A stretch of 63,973 nucleotides of DNA, filler included, from Octopus bimaculoides (lineage: Eukaryota): NCBI RefSeq assembly GCF_001194135.2. It is 6 parts of 5 records of this genome, joined end to end, with 100 filler letters (N's around TTAATTAATTAA, not from the genome) between each part and the next. Parts side by side here need not be neighbours in the genome. Positions count along the whole stretch, not along the records: positions 12,064 to 34,964 come from NC_068998.1; positions 35,065 to 41,692 come from NC_069003.1; 4 more parts are not named here. One strand, written 5' to 3'. Positions within the stretch are counted from its first letter, which is position 1. Each line of letters begins with the position of its first letter. The position numbers and the translations under genes were made by a program. Positions 25,406 to 37,293 of this stretch are shown here, one piece after another. Below the pieces are notes generated by a model, which was given only the letters and a program-made list of their open reading frames with translations, had not been told where the DNA came from and made no database searches.

Positions 25406-25573
25406 GGGGTTAGGGTTAGGGTTGGGGTTAGGTTTTGAGTTAGGGTTAGAGTAAACCTAACCCTAACCTAACCCTAACCCTAACCTAACCTAACCCTAAC
25501 CCTAACCCTAACCCTAACCCTAACCCTAACCCTAACCCTAATCCTGACCCTAACCCTGACCCTAACCCTAACC
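25406..25573. repeat. Interstitial head-to-head telomeric array (TTAGGG)n-(CCCTAA)n
   Basis: About 7 degenerate G-strand units at 25406-25451 abut about 20 mostly canonical CCCTAA units at 25455-25573. Confidence 0.9.
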
Positions 25574-26559
25574 AGATTTGGCTGTTATTTCTAGCATGTA
25601 AATAGCCTGCTTGNNNNNNNNNNNNNNNNNNNNNNNNNNNNNNNNNNNNNNNNNNNNNNNNNNNNNNNNNNNNNNNNNNNNNNNNNNNNNNNNNNNNNNN
25701 NNNNNNNNNNNNNNNNNNNNNNNNNNNNNNNNNNNNNNNNNNNNNNNNNNNNNNNNNNNNNNNNNNNNNNNNNNNNNNNNNNNNNNNNNNNNNNNNNNNN
25801 NNNNNNNNNNNNNNNNNNNNNNNNNNNNNNNNNNNNNNNNNNNNNNNNNNNNNNNNNNNNNNNNNNNNNNNNNNNNNNNNNNNNNNNNNNNNNNNNNNNN
25901 NNNNNNNNNNNNNNNNNNNNNNNNNNNNNNNNNNNNNNNNNNNNNNNNNNNNNNNNNNNNNNNNNNNNNNNNNNNNNNNNNNNNNNNNNNNNNNNNNNNN
26001 NNNNNNNNNNNNNNNNNNNNNNNNNNNNNNNNNNNNNNNNNNNNNNNNNNNNNNNNNNNNNNNNNNNNNNNNNNNNNNNNNNNNNNNNNNNNNNNNNNNN
26101 NNNNNNNNNNNNNNNNNNNNNNNNNNNNNNNNNNNNNNNNNNNNNNNNNNNNNNNNNNNNNNNNNNNNNNNNNNNNNNNNNNNNNNNNNNNNNNNNNNNN
26201 NNNNNNNNNNNNNNNNNNNNNNNNNNNNNNNNNNNNNNNNNNNNNNNNNNNNNNNNNNNNNNNNNNNNNNNNNNNNNNNNNNNNNNNNNNNNNNNNNNNN
26301 NNNNNNNNNNNNNNNNNNNNNNNNNNNNNNNNNNNNNNNNNNNNNNNNNNNNNNNNNNNNNNNNNNNNNNNNNNNNNNNNNNNNNNNNNNNNNNNNNNNN
26401 NNNNNNNNNNNNNNNNNNNNNNNNNNNNNNNNNNNNNNNNNNNNNNNNNNNNNNNNNNNNNNNNNNNNNNNNNNNNNNNNNNNNNNNNNNNNNNNNNNNN
26501 NNNNNNNNNNNNNNNNNNNNNNNNNNNNNNNNNNNNNNNNNNNNNNNNNNNNNNNNNNN

Positions 26560-26589
<30 letters not shown>

Positions 26590-26590
<1 letters not shown>

Positions 26591-26800
26591 TATATTGTTG
26601 TATTTGGGGATGGTCATGTTGCCAGTTTAGCCAATAAAAACACACGCACTGTATATTTGGTGTTAATTTGCTTCAGCTTTATAATACATTACATTACATT
26701 AATCCTATTTCTGCCAGAGTTCTTTCGTCACACTTCTGTGACCTCATCAGTGGTCCTTTGCTTTCTTCTTTCTTATATTTGTGTCCCTCCTTGCTAACGA
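26590..26800 (-). mobile_element. PLE-type terminal repeat with hammerhead-like motif
   Basis: Minus strand 26754-26715: acca-CTGATGAG-gtcaca gaag tgtgac-GAAA-gaactc-tgg. The same repeat occurs at 30343-30422 and, inverted, at 31165-31260. Confidence 0.65.
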
Positions 26801-27599
26801 TCAGCGATTTGATATATATATATTAAAGCAGAAAACTGGAAAAATGTGTGTATATACATATTTACGATTTTTTAATGTTATCTCTACAGATTTTCCATTG
26901 AAATTAGAGCCAGCGCTGAAAGTTACGATCTTTCATATCTGAGTACATCTATCTAAACAATGTGACTGAAGATAGAAAAATAGATAATGGGTGTACATGC
27001 ATATTTCAGGTTTTTTTTTTTACTCCTTTTTCAGTGCCACATTCAACCCATTACTCATGCACAAACACATTGCTTAAATAGCCAGGAAATTTAGTTGTGT
27101 AACCAATTTACATATTAAACTCATACCTATCAGCAATTAATATATACATCATCATCCTTTAACATTTATTTTCCATGCTGGACAGTTTGATTGGAGCTGA
27201 CACGCTGGAGAGCTACACTATGGTTCCAGTTTGATTTGACTTGATTTCTACAGCTGGTTGCCCCTCCTAACATCAGCCACTTTCCAGTGTGTGCTGGGTA
27301 CTTTTAACATGGCACCACACAATCTTTCTTACATGACACTGAGTACTTTTTACCATATATTTGTAACTTTTTAAACACACAGCCATGCCATGGTTCTATA
27401 AATTCATTCACTTCTAGACACACAGCCATGCCATGGTTCTATAAATTCATTTACTTCTAAACCATTAAAAACATACAAACATTGGTCAGTCTGATGAGGA
27501 ATCATGGAAAACAATCAAAAATATAGTTGCAGTAAATACATCATGGTAAAAATTTATAAAATGCAGCAAGCACACCAACAGTGTATTTTTCTTTTCGTT

Positions 27600-28471
27600 T
27601 TTCACCGTATAAATTTTGTTGATCAAATAAACTTTTTTCCTATTTCTCCTTGGTATATCTAGGCATTTTATGAATATTGACACTCTCTCATGTGGAAATA
27701 TAAGGTTTTGGAGAGTTACATTAAATCAATTTTCTCTCCTTGGTACACCTCGTAATTTTATGAATATCAATATTATTGCAAATTGGGGAATGGAATTTAG
27801 AGTGTCACATGGAATCAATTTAATCAAGTTATTGTGAAATATGCCAACCGAGGTTTCATTTCAGCTTGCTTTGAAGCAGATTTTAATATAAAAGCTAAAA
27901 ATGATGAGCTTTTCTTTTTTGCTGTCCTGAATGTGAAAGACTTGAATTTTTTTTTTTTCTTTTTTCTAAAAGAAAACAGATACAAGAGCTTTTATATGCT
28001 GTGTTAATGGAAATAAACATTGTATCTTTACTAAAGCAACTGGATATCAAGGCTGGCTATAAAAAGCTCAAATACACAATCACATGTTGATAAAAATGCA
28101 GGTCAAATACTGCAGAACTTTAGATTTTGTAACATGAGGTCAGCTTTGCTGTATGCAGCTGTCCTTTGCAAGACTGCTATGCTGTATCTATCATGACCAA
28201 AAAAAAAAAAAAAAAGGATCTTTCTGATTTGGCGGGTGCCACTTTATATTTATGTTTTATTTAGTGTGTTTTTGGTACCGAAACACTTTCATACTTCGTA
28301 TACTTGTATATTTTGTGTTATAGAATAGATAAAAAATTTTGTATTCGAAGTTATTTCATGTAAAATATTGTCGTATTTCGGTAATTTCAACCAATCACTG
28401 ACGTCTATTGAGGTGAAAACAATTACTGCTATGGATTGTCAACAAAGCATTGTGCGGTGTAATGGGGGGGG

Positions 28472-28503
<32 letters not shown>

Positions 28504-29130
28504 TGGAGGAGGAGGTTTTGTTAGTGAAGCAAATATTTTTGCCGTTTTCTCATTAGTTTTATCTAGCAATTTTATGAATATTGATGCTTCTCTATGGAGA
28601 TTTTGTGACATGAAGTGTCACACCGAAACGAATTTATTATAATGAAATATATCGAACCTGGTCTCATTCCAGATGCTTACAATCAGAATTTTGGAATAAA
28701 ACATGAAAATGACGAGCATTTTTATGTTGCCTTAAATGTTTTTCATACCAGAATTTCCAGGTTAGATTTTAATTCTTTTCTTAGACAAAAACCATTTAAA
28801 TTACAGCACTAATGGGAAATAAGGAAATAAAAATTATATATCTGTTAAAGCAACCAGATAACATGAATATAAAAAGCTCCCATGTTCAATTACATGTTGA
28901 TTAAAATTCAGATCAAAAACTGTTCTTTGAACTTTTACTATACAAGATGGCTTTCACAGTGAGTAGCTGGATTTTACCACTCATTGATTTTAATGTGCTG
29001 TGTATACCATGACAGGAAATATAAATTAAAAATAAATGGTAAACAAAATTACTTCTGCCAGTCTACATCTGGATAATTGGAAGGGGATTTTGATGAGATG
29101 TTGAGATTCTTCTTCTCCATCAGAATGTAA
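27600..29130 (+). pseudogene. Tandemly duplicated, frameshifted coding-like sequence of unknown family
   Basis: 27831-27935 IVKYANRGFISACFEADFNIKAKNDELFFFAVLNV aligns with ~28636-28737 IMKYIEPGLIPDAYNQNFGIKHENDEHFYVALNV, with several synonymous differences. Further shared blocks are LLKQxD, IKSSxxQxHVD and CC[IV]YHD. Confidence 0.45.
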
Positions 29131-29453
29131 GTCTCAAGTTAGCAACGCCATATTTGCATGGCAAACCTGTATAGGATTTTCTTCTCATGAAATTTTGCCA
29201 AATGAAAAAGATATGTTGCTGATGTGACAACCTGAAATGATAGAATCAAGTTTAAAGAATGTTTAACATCCAGTAATTTCCAACTATGTATGGCAAACAA
29301 CCATTTTTTTTTTGTTTTTTGTTTTTGATAAAATATCAGTTACACTGACTATTTATAATGGATAGTGAATGAAATAAATTCATACAAATTTGTACTGTAT
29401 GGCTTTTTAAACACACACACATACACATACACACACACACACAATTCATAATA

Positions 29454-29838
29454 TGTTGTTGGCACTCTGTCGCTTACGACGTCGAGGGTTCCAAGTTGAT
29501 CCGATCAACGGAACAGCCTGCTCGTGAAATTAACGTGCAAGTGGCTGAGCACTCCACAGACACGTGTACCCTTAATGTAGTTCTCGTGGATATTCAGCGT
29601 GACACAGTGTGACAAGGCTGACCCTTTGAATTACAGGTACAACAGAAACAGGAAGTAAGAGTGAGAGAAAGTTGTGGTGAAAGAGTACAGCAGGGTTCGC
29701 CACTGTCCCCTGCTCGAGCCTCGTGGAGCTTGAGGTGTTTTTGCTCAATAAACACTCACAACGCCCAATCTGGGAATCAAAACTGTGATCCTATGACCGC
29801 GAGTTCGCTGCCCTAACCACTGGGCCATTGCGCTTCCA
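29454..29838 (-). mobile_element. SINE family 3, full length, 12-bp TSD
   Basis: tRNA-like head (GCGCAATGGCCCAGTGGTTAGGGCAGC) and (CAA)n tail. CAATTCATAATA flanks it at 29442 and 29841. Confidence 0.9.
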
Positions 29839-30311
29839 CTCAATTCATAATACACACAGATACAAATATACATGCATACATACACATACACACACGCACA
29901 TACATACATACATACATACATACATACATACATACATACATACATACATACATACATGGCTGTGTGGTAAGTAGCTTGCTTACCAACCGCATGAAGTATT
30001 GGGAAATCTGCAGTTACTCTATCCAGATTACAAGTTCAGGTTCATGCCTGTAATTATTGTGGCCCTGAGATATGTAACACATTGCCTAAATACCAACTGC
30101 ATTGTATGTGAATGTATGTATGTGAATAAAAATCCAGAATTATATTTATCCAAAGATATATATATATATATATATATATAAGCTGTAATTTTTGTATAAT
30201 TATGTATTGTTAATATAACAATACATAAAGACGGGCTAGAATTGAAGTGCTCAGCATGAGCTAGATTTCATCTTATAGTAACAGTATCTATTTTTAATAT
30301 ATATATATTTT

Positions 30312-30342
<31 letters not shown>

Positions 30343-30351
<9 letters not shown>

Positions 30352-31260
30352 ACTTGGGGATGGTCATATTGCCAGTTTAGCCAATAAAAACACACGCACT
30401 GTATATTTGGTGTTAATTTGCTNNNNNNNNNNNNNNNNNNNNNNNNNNNNNNNNNNNNNNNNNNNNNNNNNNNNNNNNNNNNNNNNNNNNNNNNNNNNNN
30501 NNNNNNNNNNNNNNNNNNNNNNNNNNNNNNNNNNNNNNNNNNNNNNNNNNNNNNNNNNNNNNNNNNNNNNNNNNNNNNNNNNNNNNNNNNNNNNNNNNNN
30601 NNNNNNNNNNNNNNNNNNNNNNNNNNNNNNNNNNNNNNNNNNNNNNNNNNNNNNNNNNNNNNNNNNNNNNNNNNNNNNNNNNNNNNNNNNNNNNNNNNNN
30701 NNNNNNNNNNNNNNNNNNNNNNNNNNNNNNNNNNNNNNNNNNNNNNNNNNNNNNNNNNNNNNNNNNNNNNNNNNNNNNNNNNNNNNNNNNNNNNNNNNNN
30801 NNNNNNNNNNNNNNNNNNNNNNNNNNNNNNNNNNNNNNNNNNNNNNNNNNNNNNNNNNNNNNNNNNNNNNNNNNNNNNNNNNNNNNNNNNNNNNNNNNNN
30901 NNNNNNNNNNNNNNNNNNNNNNNNNNNNNNNNNNNNNNNNNNNNNNNNNNNNNNNNNNNNNNNNNNNNNNNNNNNNNNNNNNNNNNNNNNNNNNNNNNNN
31001 NNNNNNNNNNNNNNNNNNNNNNNNNNNNNNNNNNNNNNNNNNNNNNNNNNNNNNNNNNNNNNNNNNNNNNNNNNNNNNNNNNNNNNNNNNNNNNNNNNNN
31101 NNNNNNNNNNNNNNNNNNNNNNNNNNNNNNNNNNNNNNNNNNNNNNNNNATAAGATTAAGATTAATGTAATATAAAGCTGAAGCAAATTAACACCAAATA
31201 TACAGTGCGTGTGTTTTTATTGGCTAAACTGGCAATATGACCATCCCCAAGTACAACAAC
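30343..31260. mobile_element. Inverted pair of PLE terminal repeats flanking a 727-N gap
   Basis: 30343-30422 is the reverse complement of ~31183-31259. Confidence 0.65.
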
Positions 31261-31305
31261 ATCTGTTTCAACACACGATTTCACATCAAAAATCTTGCAA
31301 AGCAA

Positions 31306-31344
<39 letters not shown>

Positions 31345-31347
<3 letters not shown>

Positions 31348-31850
31348 TCAAGCCATATGAACAGCCACACCATGAACAGGTTCAGGAAGGACTTGATAAA
31401 AATAGTTAAGGAGTTTGGCCTGTCCATAACGGTTACCACCAACCTCACTATGGTTGATTTCTTGGGCATAATCTTAGACCTGAATATGGGCAAGTATCAC
31501 CTGTACAGGAAGCTTAACGAGGAAACAGTATGCATCCACAAGAGCTCAAACCATCCCCCATTGTAATTAGAGACCTGGTTTCAGGCATTAGTAAACGACT
31601 ATCTAATCTCTTGGCCAATACAGAGATTTTTACCAGAGCCCCACCCCACCTTACTACAACGATGTTTTGACTAGGAGTGATTTTGATGAGAAGCTCACAT
31701 ATGTGGACAACCCCCAAACACCCTTTCCTCAACCCCAAAAAATTAGAAAAAGAAAAATTATATAGTTTAACCCCAACCTTTTATCCTAGAAGTTTCCACC
31801 AATGTAGCTAGGGGCTTCCTGTTGTTAATTAAGAAACACTTCCCCAGAAG
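31345..31850 (+). mobile_element. Penelope-like element RT C-terminal/thumb fragment, frameshifted
   Basis: GLSITVTTNLTMVDFLGIILDLNMGKYHLYRKLN...SSNHPP, followed by a degenerate RKRKIIxFNP...STNVARGFLLLIKKHFP. Homologous to 42200-42620. Confidence 0.85.
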
Positions 31851-31889
31851 TGCTGGTGGCACGTAAAAAGCACCCATTACACTCTCGGA

Positions 31890-32635
31890 GTGTAAAACGC
31901 ATGCTGGAGCCAGACTTGCCATGGTTCATCTCCGATGAAAAAATCTCTCCCAGGACCAAAAGATTAACTCACAGAATGACAGGTGGCTCACTGTCTCATC
32001 TAAGGCTCACTGTCTCATCTAAGGCTCACCCAGAATCATCAGAAGAAATTTCCAACAACAGTCATGGTCATTGGTACAGTCAGCAATGAAGGTAATGTCA
32101 TGCCACCCCAATTCTTCCCCAAGAGCTGCAGGTTGAACACCAATGGTTGCATCAATGTTCTGAGCAAGGTGGTGAAGCCCTCAGTTGTCTGGGTAGTTGC
32201 AGGGAGGCTGTATATGTGGCAGCAAGACAGTGTGCCCTGCCACACCAGCCAGAATAACCAAGCCTGGTTTTCAAAGAATTCCTTTGATCACACACTACCT
32301 GACCTTTGGGCTTCCAACTCACCTGACTGCAGCCTCTCGACTTCTTTGGACGGGATGTGGTCGAATGAGAGACCAACAAATACAGCTGCAGCATGAATGA
32401 TGAGCTGAGGGCCAGGATTACCAAGGCCTTCTGGGACCTAAAATGGGATATAGTGATGAAGGCCTGTGGCTGGTTCTGAAATTGCTTACAGGTTGTCATT
32501 GAAGCCAAAGGCCGGTTCATTGAGTGACATTGACAGAATATGTCATGAAAACAAACTGACCCAAGTTTGACAAATATATCTCAAAAGATAAAAACACTGT
32601 TTTCATGCCAACGAATACTGTCCACACCCTCTGTG
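31890..32635 (+). mobile_element. Tc1/mariner transposase C-terminal part (degenerate) with right end
   Basis: VMVIGTVSNEGNVMPPQFF...YMWQQDSVPCHTS...WASNSPDCS matches the DDD-type WQQDxAPxHT and WPxxSPDLNPLD motifs. Confidence 0.88.
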
Positions 32636-32845
32636 TGCGTGTGTGTGTATATGTTTAGTGTTAACTTCCCCTTTGTTATGTTTCCTCTCTATTGCTACAA
32701 CCTATGACAAAAAACTATATATAAATACGTAATTTCCAGTCATTATCTTGCCTGAATATCCTGCTCACACCCAGGTAAAACTCAGAGCAGCAAGAGACTA
32801 ATTCAGAGACTGTTTGATTGTATTTGTAATTCGAATGTCTAAGCT

Positions 32846-32893
<48 letters not shown>

Positions 32894-33069
32894 TTTGTGT
32901 CCTGTTAGAGCTTCTGTTTGTGGTAATAGTCACTTATGTGCCAACTCAGTGACCAAATACTTCACTTGACTAAACAACTCTATAGTCACCATTGAAACAA
33001 ACCGTTTAATCACTGTTTCATGTGTGTGTGTGTGTATGTGTATGTATGAGTGTGTGTATATAAATATAC

Positions 33070-33128
<59 letters not shown>

Positions 33129-33154
33129 GTTCAAAAAAACAATAACAAAAAAAC

Positions 33155-33320
33155 AAAAAAACAACAAAGTGAGGACGTGATATGGATAGTATTATTGGAC
33201 GCTCAGGAAAGGAAAGAGAGAGTGTATGACGTTTCGGGCGTAGCCCTTTGTCGGAAAGATGGAAAGTTCGGAGAATGGAAGAACGGAGAAAGAGGAAAAT
33301 GGTACCGATGCCCACGAGAC
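33155..33320 (-). mobile_element. PLE-type terminal repeat with a degenerate hammerhead-like motif at 33222-33260
   Basis: Minus strand: CCGACAA-agggctacgccc-GAAA-cg-TC. Confidence 0.5.
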
Positions 33321-33692
33321 ACACATACATACACATACACATATATATATAAATAAATATATGTATATATATAGGAAATGATTGTAAAAAAGTTGCCAAC
33401 TAGCAGCTACAGAGGGGTATCTGAAAGGTTCAGGGTTCTTTTCTCTGTACATGTCTGCTGGCACCTCTTTTCTTTCTTGCAGGAGTATTTACCCAGTTTT
33501 CTAGGGTGTTTCCATAGCTATTCACTGTTCGAGATTTACTTTATTTTCTGTAAAATACCAGCCCACTCAGCCCTTCTAAGATTGTCAATAAACTTACATA
33601 CATACATATATTTATGTATGCATGTATGTGTGTGCACATATGTATGTATACATGTGTGTGTATGTGCGTATATATATATATATATATGTATG

Positions 33693-33759
<67 letters not shown>

Positions 33760-33762
<3 letters not shown>

Positions 33763-33948
33763 TATATAAAAATATATAAGAGTATATATAAAGGAGGCCA
33801 CTAGGTAGACTGCTAATGTGCTAGAAGATCACATGTCATGTGTCTACTAAGACCGAATAAGACACGTGCCATGTGATCTTCTTCTAGCACATTAGCAGTC
33901 CACCTAGTGGGCTCCTTTATATATACTGTTATACATTTTTATATAAAA
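33760..33948. repeat. Long near-perfect inverted repeat (~85-bp arms, ~14-nt loop)
   Basis: Left arm AGTATATATAAAGGAGGCCACTAGGTAGACTGCTAATGTGCTAGAAGA...GTGTCT matches the reverse complement of 33860-33927 with few mismatches. Confidence 0.9.
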
Positions 33949-34069
33949 TATACAATAATCCTTGAGATCTCAGATATTTTTTCTGAATCTCCCTGATTCT
34001 TTTAATGTGCTAGTTTTCTGGTATTAAATGGATATTAATTAATATCCAATTTTTTACCCTATTATTTAA

Positions 34070-34106
<37 letters not shown>

Positions 34107-34610
34107 TTACTACTAATCTTCTATGTCAGTTATGTGCTCTGCTACCTTAATTCTTATATAACCTTATATATTATTATATATATATATATTGTTCATTTAT
34201 TCAGCCTGTGTCACTTTAGCATACAAGTATTCTACATGTAAATCCTGTTGTTAATGAGTTAAGTGAAGTGGCATGTAATAAATAAACACAAAGAGAGACT
34301 TGAGACTTGACTGACTTTTTCACTTAATTTAGCCATATATGAAACTGGACACCGTTTGGCTGTTTCAGCCCATGTGAACTTGTATAGTCACTTCTGTTGC
34401 AAATTGGATAGCTTAATGTATTTTGCTATCCAGTCTTATTTTCTGTTTGATGCCATTTCACTAATGACCATTTTAGGGCCTCAGATGTCTCAACTTCTTA
34501 TTCGACATTCTCAGTAAATCTGAATTTCTTGTGCCTATGTAAACAAGTTGACTCTTTTGACACCAATCTGTCAGAGTCTGCCATGGACTTTTGATACAAA
34601 AATCTTTGTT

Positions 34611-34795
34611 TTAACCCTTTGGCATTAAAACTGGCCACATCTGGTCAAAATATTCTTCCTGTTTTATGTTCAAACTGACCAGATCCAGCCTTTCCCACCT
34701 ACCCTACAATGTCATTACAAAAAATAAAACAATCATATCACTGAAATCTCAAAGCTACTACGTAATGCATAATTAATTCAAAACAATGTGAATTA
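34611..34795 (+). mobile_element. piggyBac-like MITE (same family as 2510-2713), right end replaced by a SINE insertion
   Basis: Starts TTAACCCTTTGGCATTAAAACTGGCC and shares CCCTACAATGTCA...AATGCAT. Confidence 0.6.
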
Positions 34796-34799
34796 TAAG

Positions 34800-34964
34800 C
34801 GCAGGAGTGGCTGTGTGGTAAGTAGCTTGCTTACCAGCCACATGGTTCCGGGTTCAGTCCCACTGCGTGGCACCTTCGGCAAGTGTCTTCTACTATAGCC
34901 TCGGGCCGACCAAAGCCTTGTGAGTGGATTTGGTAGACGGAAACTGAAAGAAGCCCGTCGTATA
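34800..34964 (+). mobile_element. CORE-type SINE family 2, young copy truncated by a scaffold join
   Basis: Consensus-like head and CORE-like block. Confidence 0.9.
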
Positions 34965-35134
34965 NNNNNNNNNNNNNNNNNNNNNNNNNNNNNNNNNNNN
35001 NNNNNNNNTTAATTAATTAANNNNNNNNNNNNNNNNNNNNNNNNNNNNNNNNNNNNNNNNNNNNATCGTCCAACCCATGCTAGCATGGAAAGCGGACGTT
35101 AAACGATGATGATGATGATGATGATATATATAGG

Positions 35135-35528
35135 AGCAGGAGTGGCTGTGTGGTAAGTAGCTTGCTTACCAGCCTCATGGTTCCGGGTTCATTCTCACTG
35201 CGTGGCACCTTGGGCAAGTGTCTCCTACTATAGCCTTGGGCCGACCAAAGCCTTGTGAGTGGATTTGGTAGATGGTAACTGAAAGAAGCCTGTCATGTAT
35301 ATGTATATATACATGTATGTGTATGTTTGTGTGTCTGTGTTTGTCTCCCCAACACCGCTTGACAATCGATGGTGGTATGTTTACGTCCCCCATAACTTAG
35401 CAGTTCGGCAAAAGAGACCGATAGAATAAGTACTAGGCTTACAAAGAATAAGTCCTGGGGTCGATTTGCTCGACTAAAGACGGTGCTCCAGCATGGCCGC
35501 AGTCAAATGACTGAAACAAGTAAAGAGT

Positions 35529-35530
<2 letters not shown>
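35135..35530 (+). mobile_element. CORE-type SINE family 2, full length
   Basis: Head, CORE-like block, (TG)-rich spacer and a tail ending GACTGAAACAAGTAAAGAG. Confidence 0.9.
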
Positions 35531-35570
<40 letters not shown>

Positions 35571-35572
35571 GA

Positions 35573-35735
35573 GAGGCTTCTTTCAGTTTCCATCTACCAA
35601 ATCCATTCACAAGGCATTGGTCGGCCTGAGGCTATAGTAGAAGATACTTGCCCAAGGTGCCATGCAGTGGGAGTGAACCCAGAATCATGTGGTTGAGAAG
35701 CAAGCTTCTTTCCACACAACCACTCATGCGCCTGT
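35573..35735 (-). mobile_element. CORE-type SINE family 2 head, inverted relative to 35135
   Basis: Reverse complement of the head and CORE region. Confidence 0.8.
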
Positions 35736-36027
35736 GCATTTTGTAATGAAAAATTTAAAGAAAAGATTAATTCATTTTTAAAACTGCAGTTATAGGCCAG
35801 ACTATATTTAACCGGGATTGATGAGAGACCTACAGAGATGTTGACTGTGATTAATGGTGATTAATGGTGTATGAGCCAGGAATGTTTAGAGTAGAGCAAT
35901 ATTTCTTCATTTTGACAAATATGGGGTTTATGCCAAAAATAATGCAAAAGCAGGCATAATTGTTTCTGTTTGTTTGTTTGTTTATTTGTTTGTTTACTCT
36001 TTTGTGATTAACTGACAACAGTTTTAT

Positions 36028-36474
36028 TTGGATGGCTGTATGGTTAAGAAGTTTGCTTTGCAACTGTATGGCTCCAGATTCAGTGTCACTGCATGGCGTC
36101 ATTTTGGATTCAGTATCACCACATGGCATCATTTTGGACAAGTGTTTGCTTTTGTTTCTATAGCCCTGAGCTGACCAATGCCTTGTTAATGAATTTGGTA
36201 GATGGAAACTGTGTGGAAGTTTGTTGCATACACACACAAGGCGGCGAGCTGGCAGAATCATTACCACACCGGGCGAAATGCTTAGCGGTATTTCGTCTGC
36301 TGCTACATTCTGAGTTCAAATTCCGCCGAGATTGACTTTGCCTTTCATCCTTTCGGGGTCGATTAAATAAGTACCAGTTACACACTGGGGTTGATATAAT
36401 TGACTTAATCCGTTTGTCTATCCTTGTTTGTCCCCTCTGTGAGTAGCCCCTTGTGGGTAGTAAAGAAATAACAC

Positions 36475-36569
<95 letters not shown>

Positions 36570-36670
36570 CGCATGTGTTCATGTATATGCGTATGCGTAT
36601 TTGTTTTCATATAGCTTGACAACCGGTGTTGGTTTGGTTACATCCCCATAACTTATTGGTTCAGCAACAA
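36028..36670 (+). mobile_element. Old family-2 SINE interrupted by a young family-1 SINE (36238-36470) and (TA)n
   Basis: Head at 36028-36230; the tail resumes at ~36615 (GCTTGACAACCGGTG...CATCCCCATAACTTA). Confidence 0.7.
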
Positions 36671-36789
36671 AGAGCCTATTAGAACAACTAAACCCTTCAA
36701 AGCCATACCGCAGTACTGCTGAATGTATTACTTACCCCTTTCTATATATCGGAGGGGACAGATATCATCTAGTCATATGACTAGCAGTT

Positions 36790-36935
36790 ACACATCATTG
36801 ACAAAGCTCAAGGAAGCTCAAATGCATAAATGACTAAGCTCAAGGAAACTGAAATGCATCGGAAATACATCATTGACGAAGCTCAAGGAAACAGAAATGC
36901 ATCATTGACAAAGCTCAAGGAAGCTGATATGCATC
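36790..36935 (+). repeat. ~30-bp minisatellite, about 4 units
   Basis: CATCATTGAC[A/G]AAGCTCAAGGAA[G/A]C..A[A/T]ATG repeated. Confidence 0.75.
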
Positions 36936-37044
36936 TGGTGCTATCTTAGATTGCTGCTGGAACATTGTTTGTCTTTTTCCAAGTGTTTCTATGAAGAGAT
37001 TTTCTCTCAGATGGAAACCACAGCATCATGCCTATCAATGGCAA

Positions 37045-37196
37045 AGCATGACTGTGTAGCAAGAACTGTGCTTCCCAACCGCATGGTTATGGGTTCAGTC
37101 CCTCTGCATGACACCTTCAGCAAGTGTCTTCTGCTGTTACCAGATTGGTAAGTTATGGGGATGTAAACACACCAACACTGGCTATCAAGCAGTGAT

Positions 37197-37293
<97 letters not shown>

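Noticed and set aside
27374-27460. 44-bp tandem duplication
   Set aside because: A simple local duplication with no further structure.
27485-27515. CTGATGAG...GAAA hammerhead-like words
   Set aside because: No stem I or stem II pairing.
27899-27990. C-box-like ATGATGA (snoRNA?)
   Set aside because: No properly placed terminal D box or terminal stem; better explained as codons of the duplicated coding-like segment.
24566-31186. Long ORFs consisting of X, IYIY or CVCV
   Set aside because: Artefacts of N gaps and dinucleotide repeats; the same applies across the window.
34800-35122. Apparent CORE-SINE head joined to an RTE-type tail
   Set aside because: The junction spans an artificial scaffold linker, so it is not evidence of a chimeric element.
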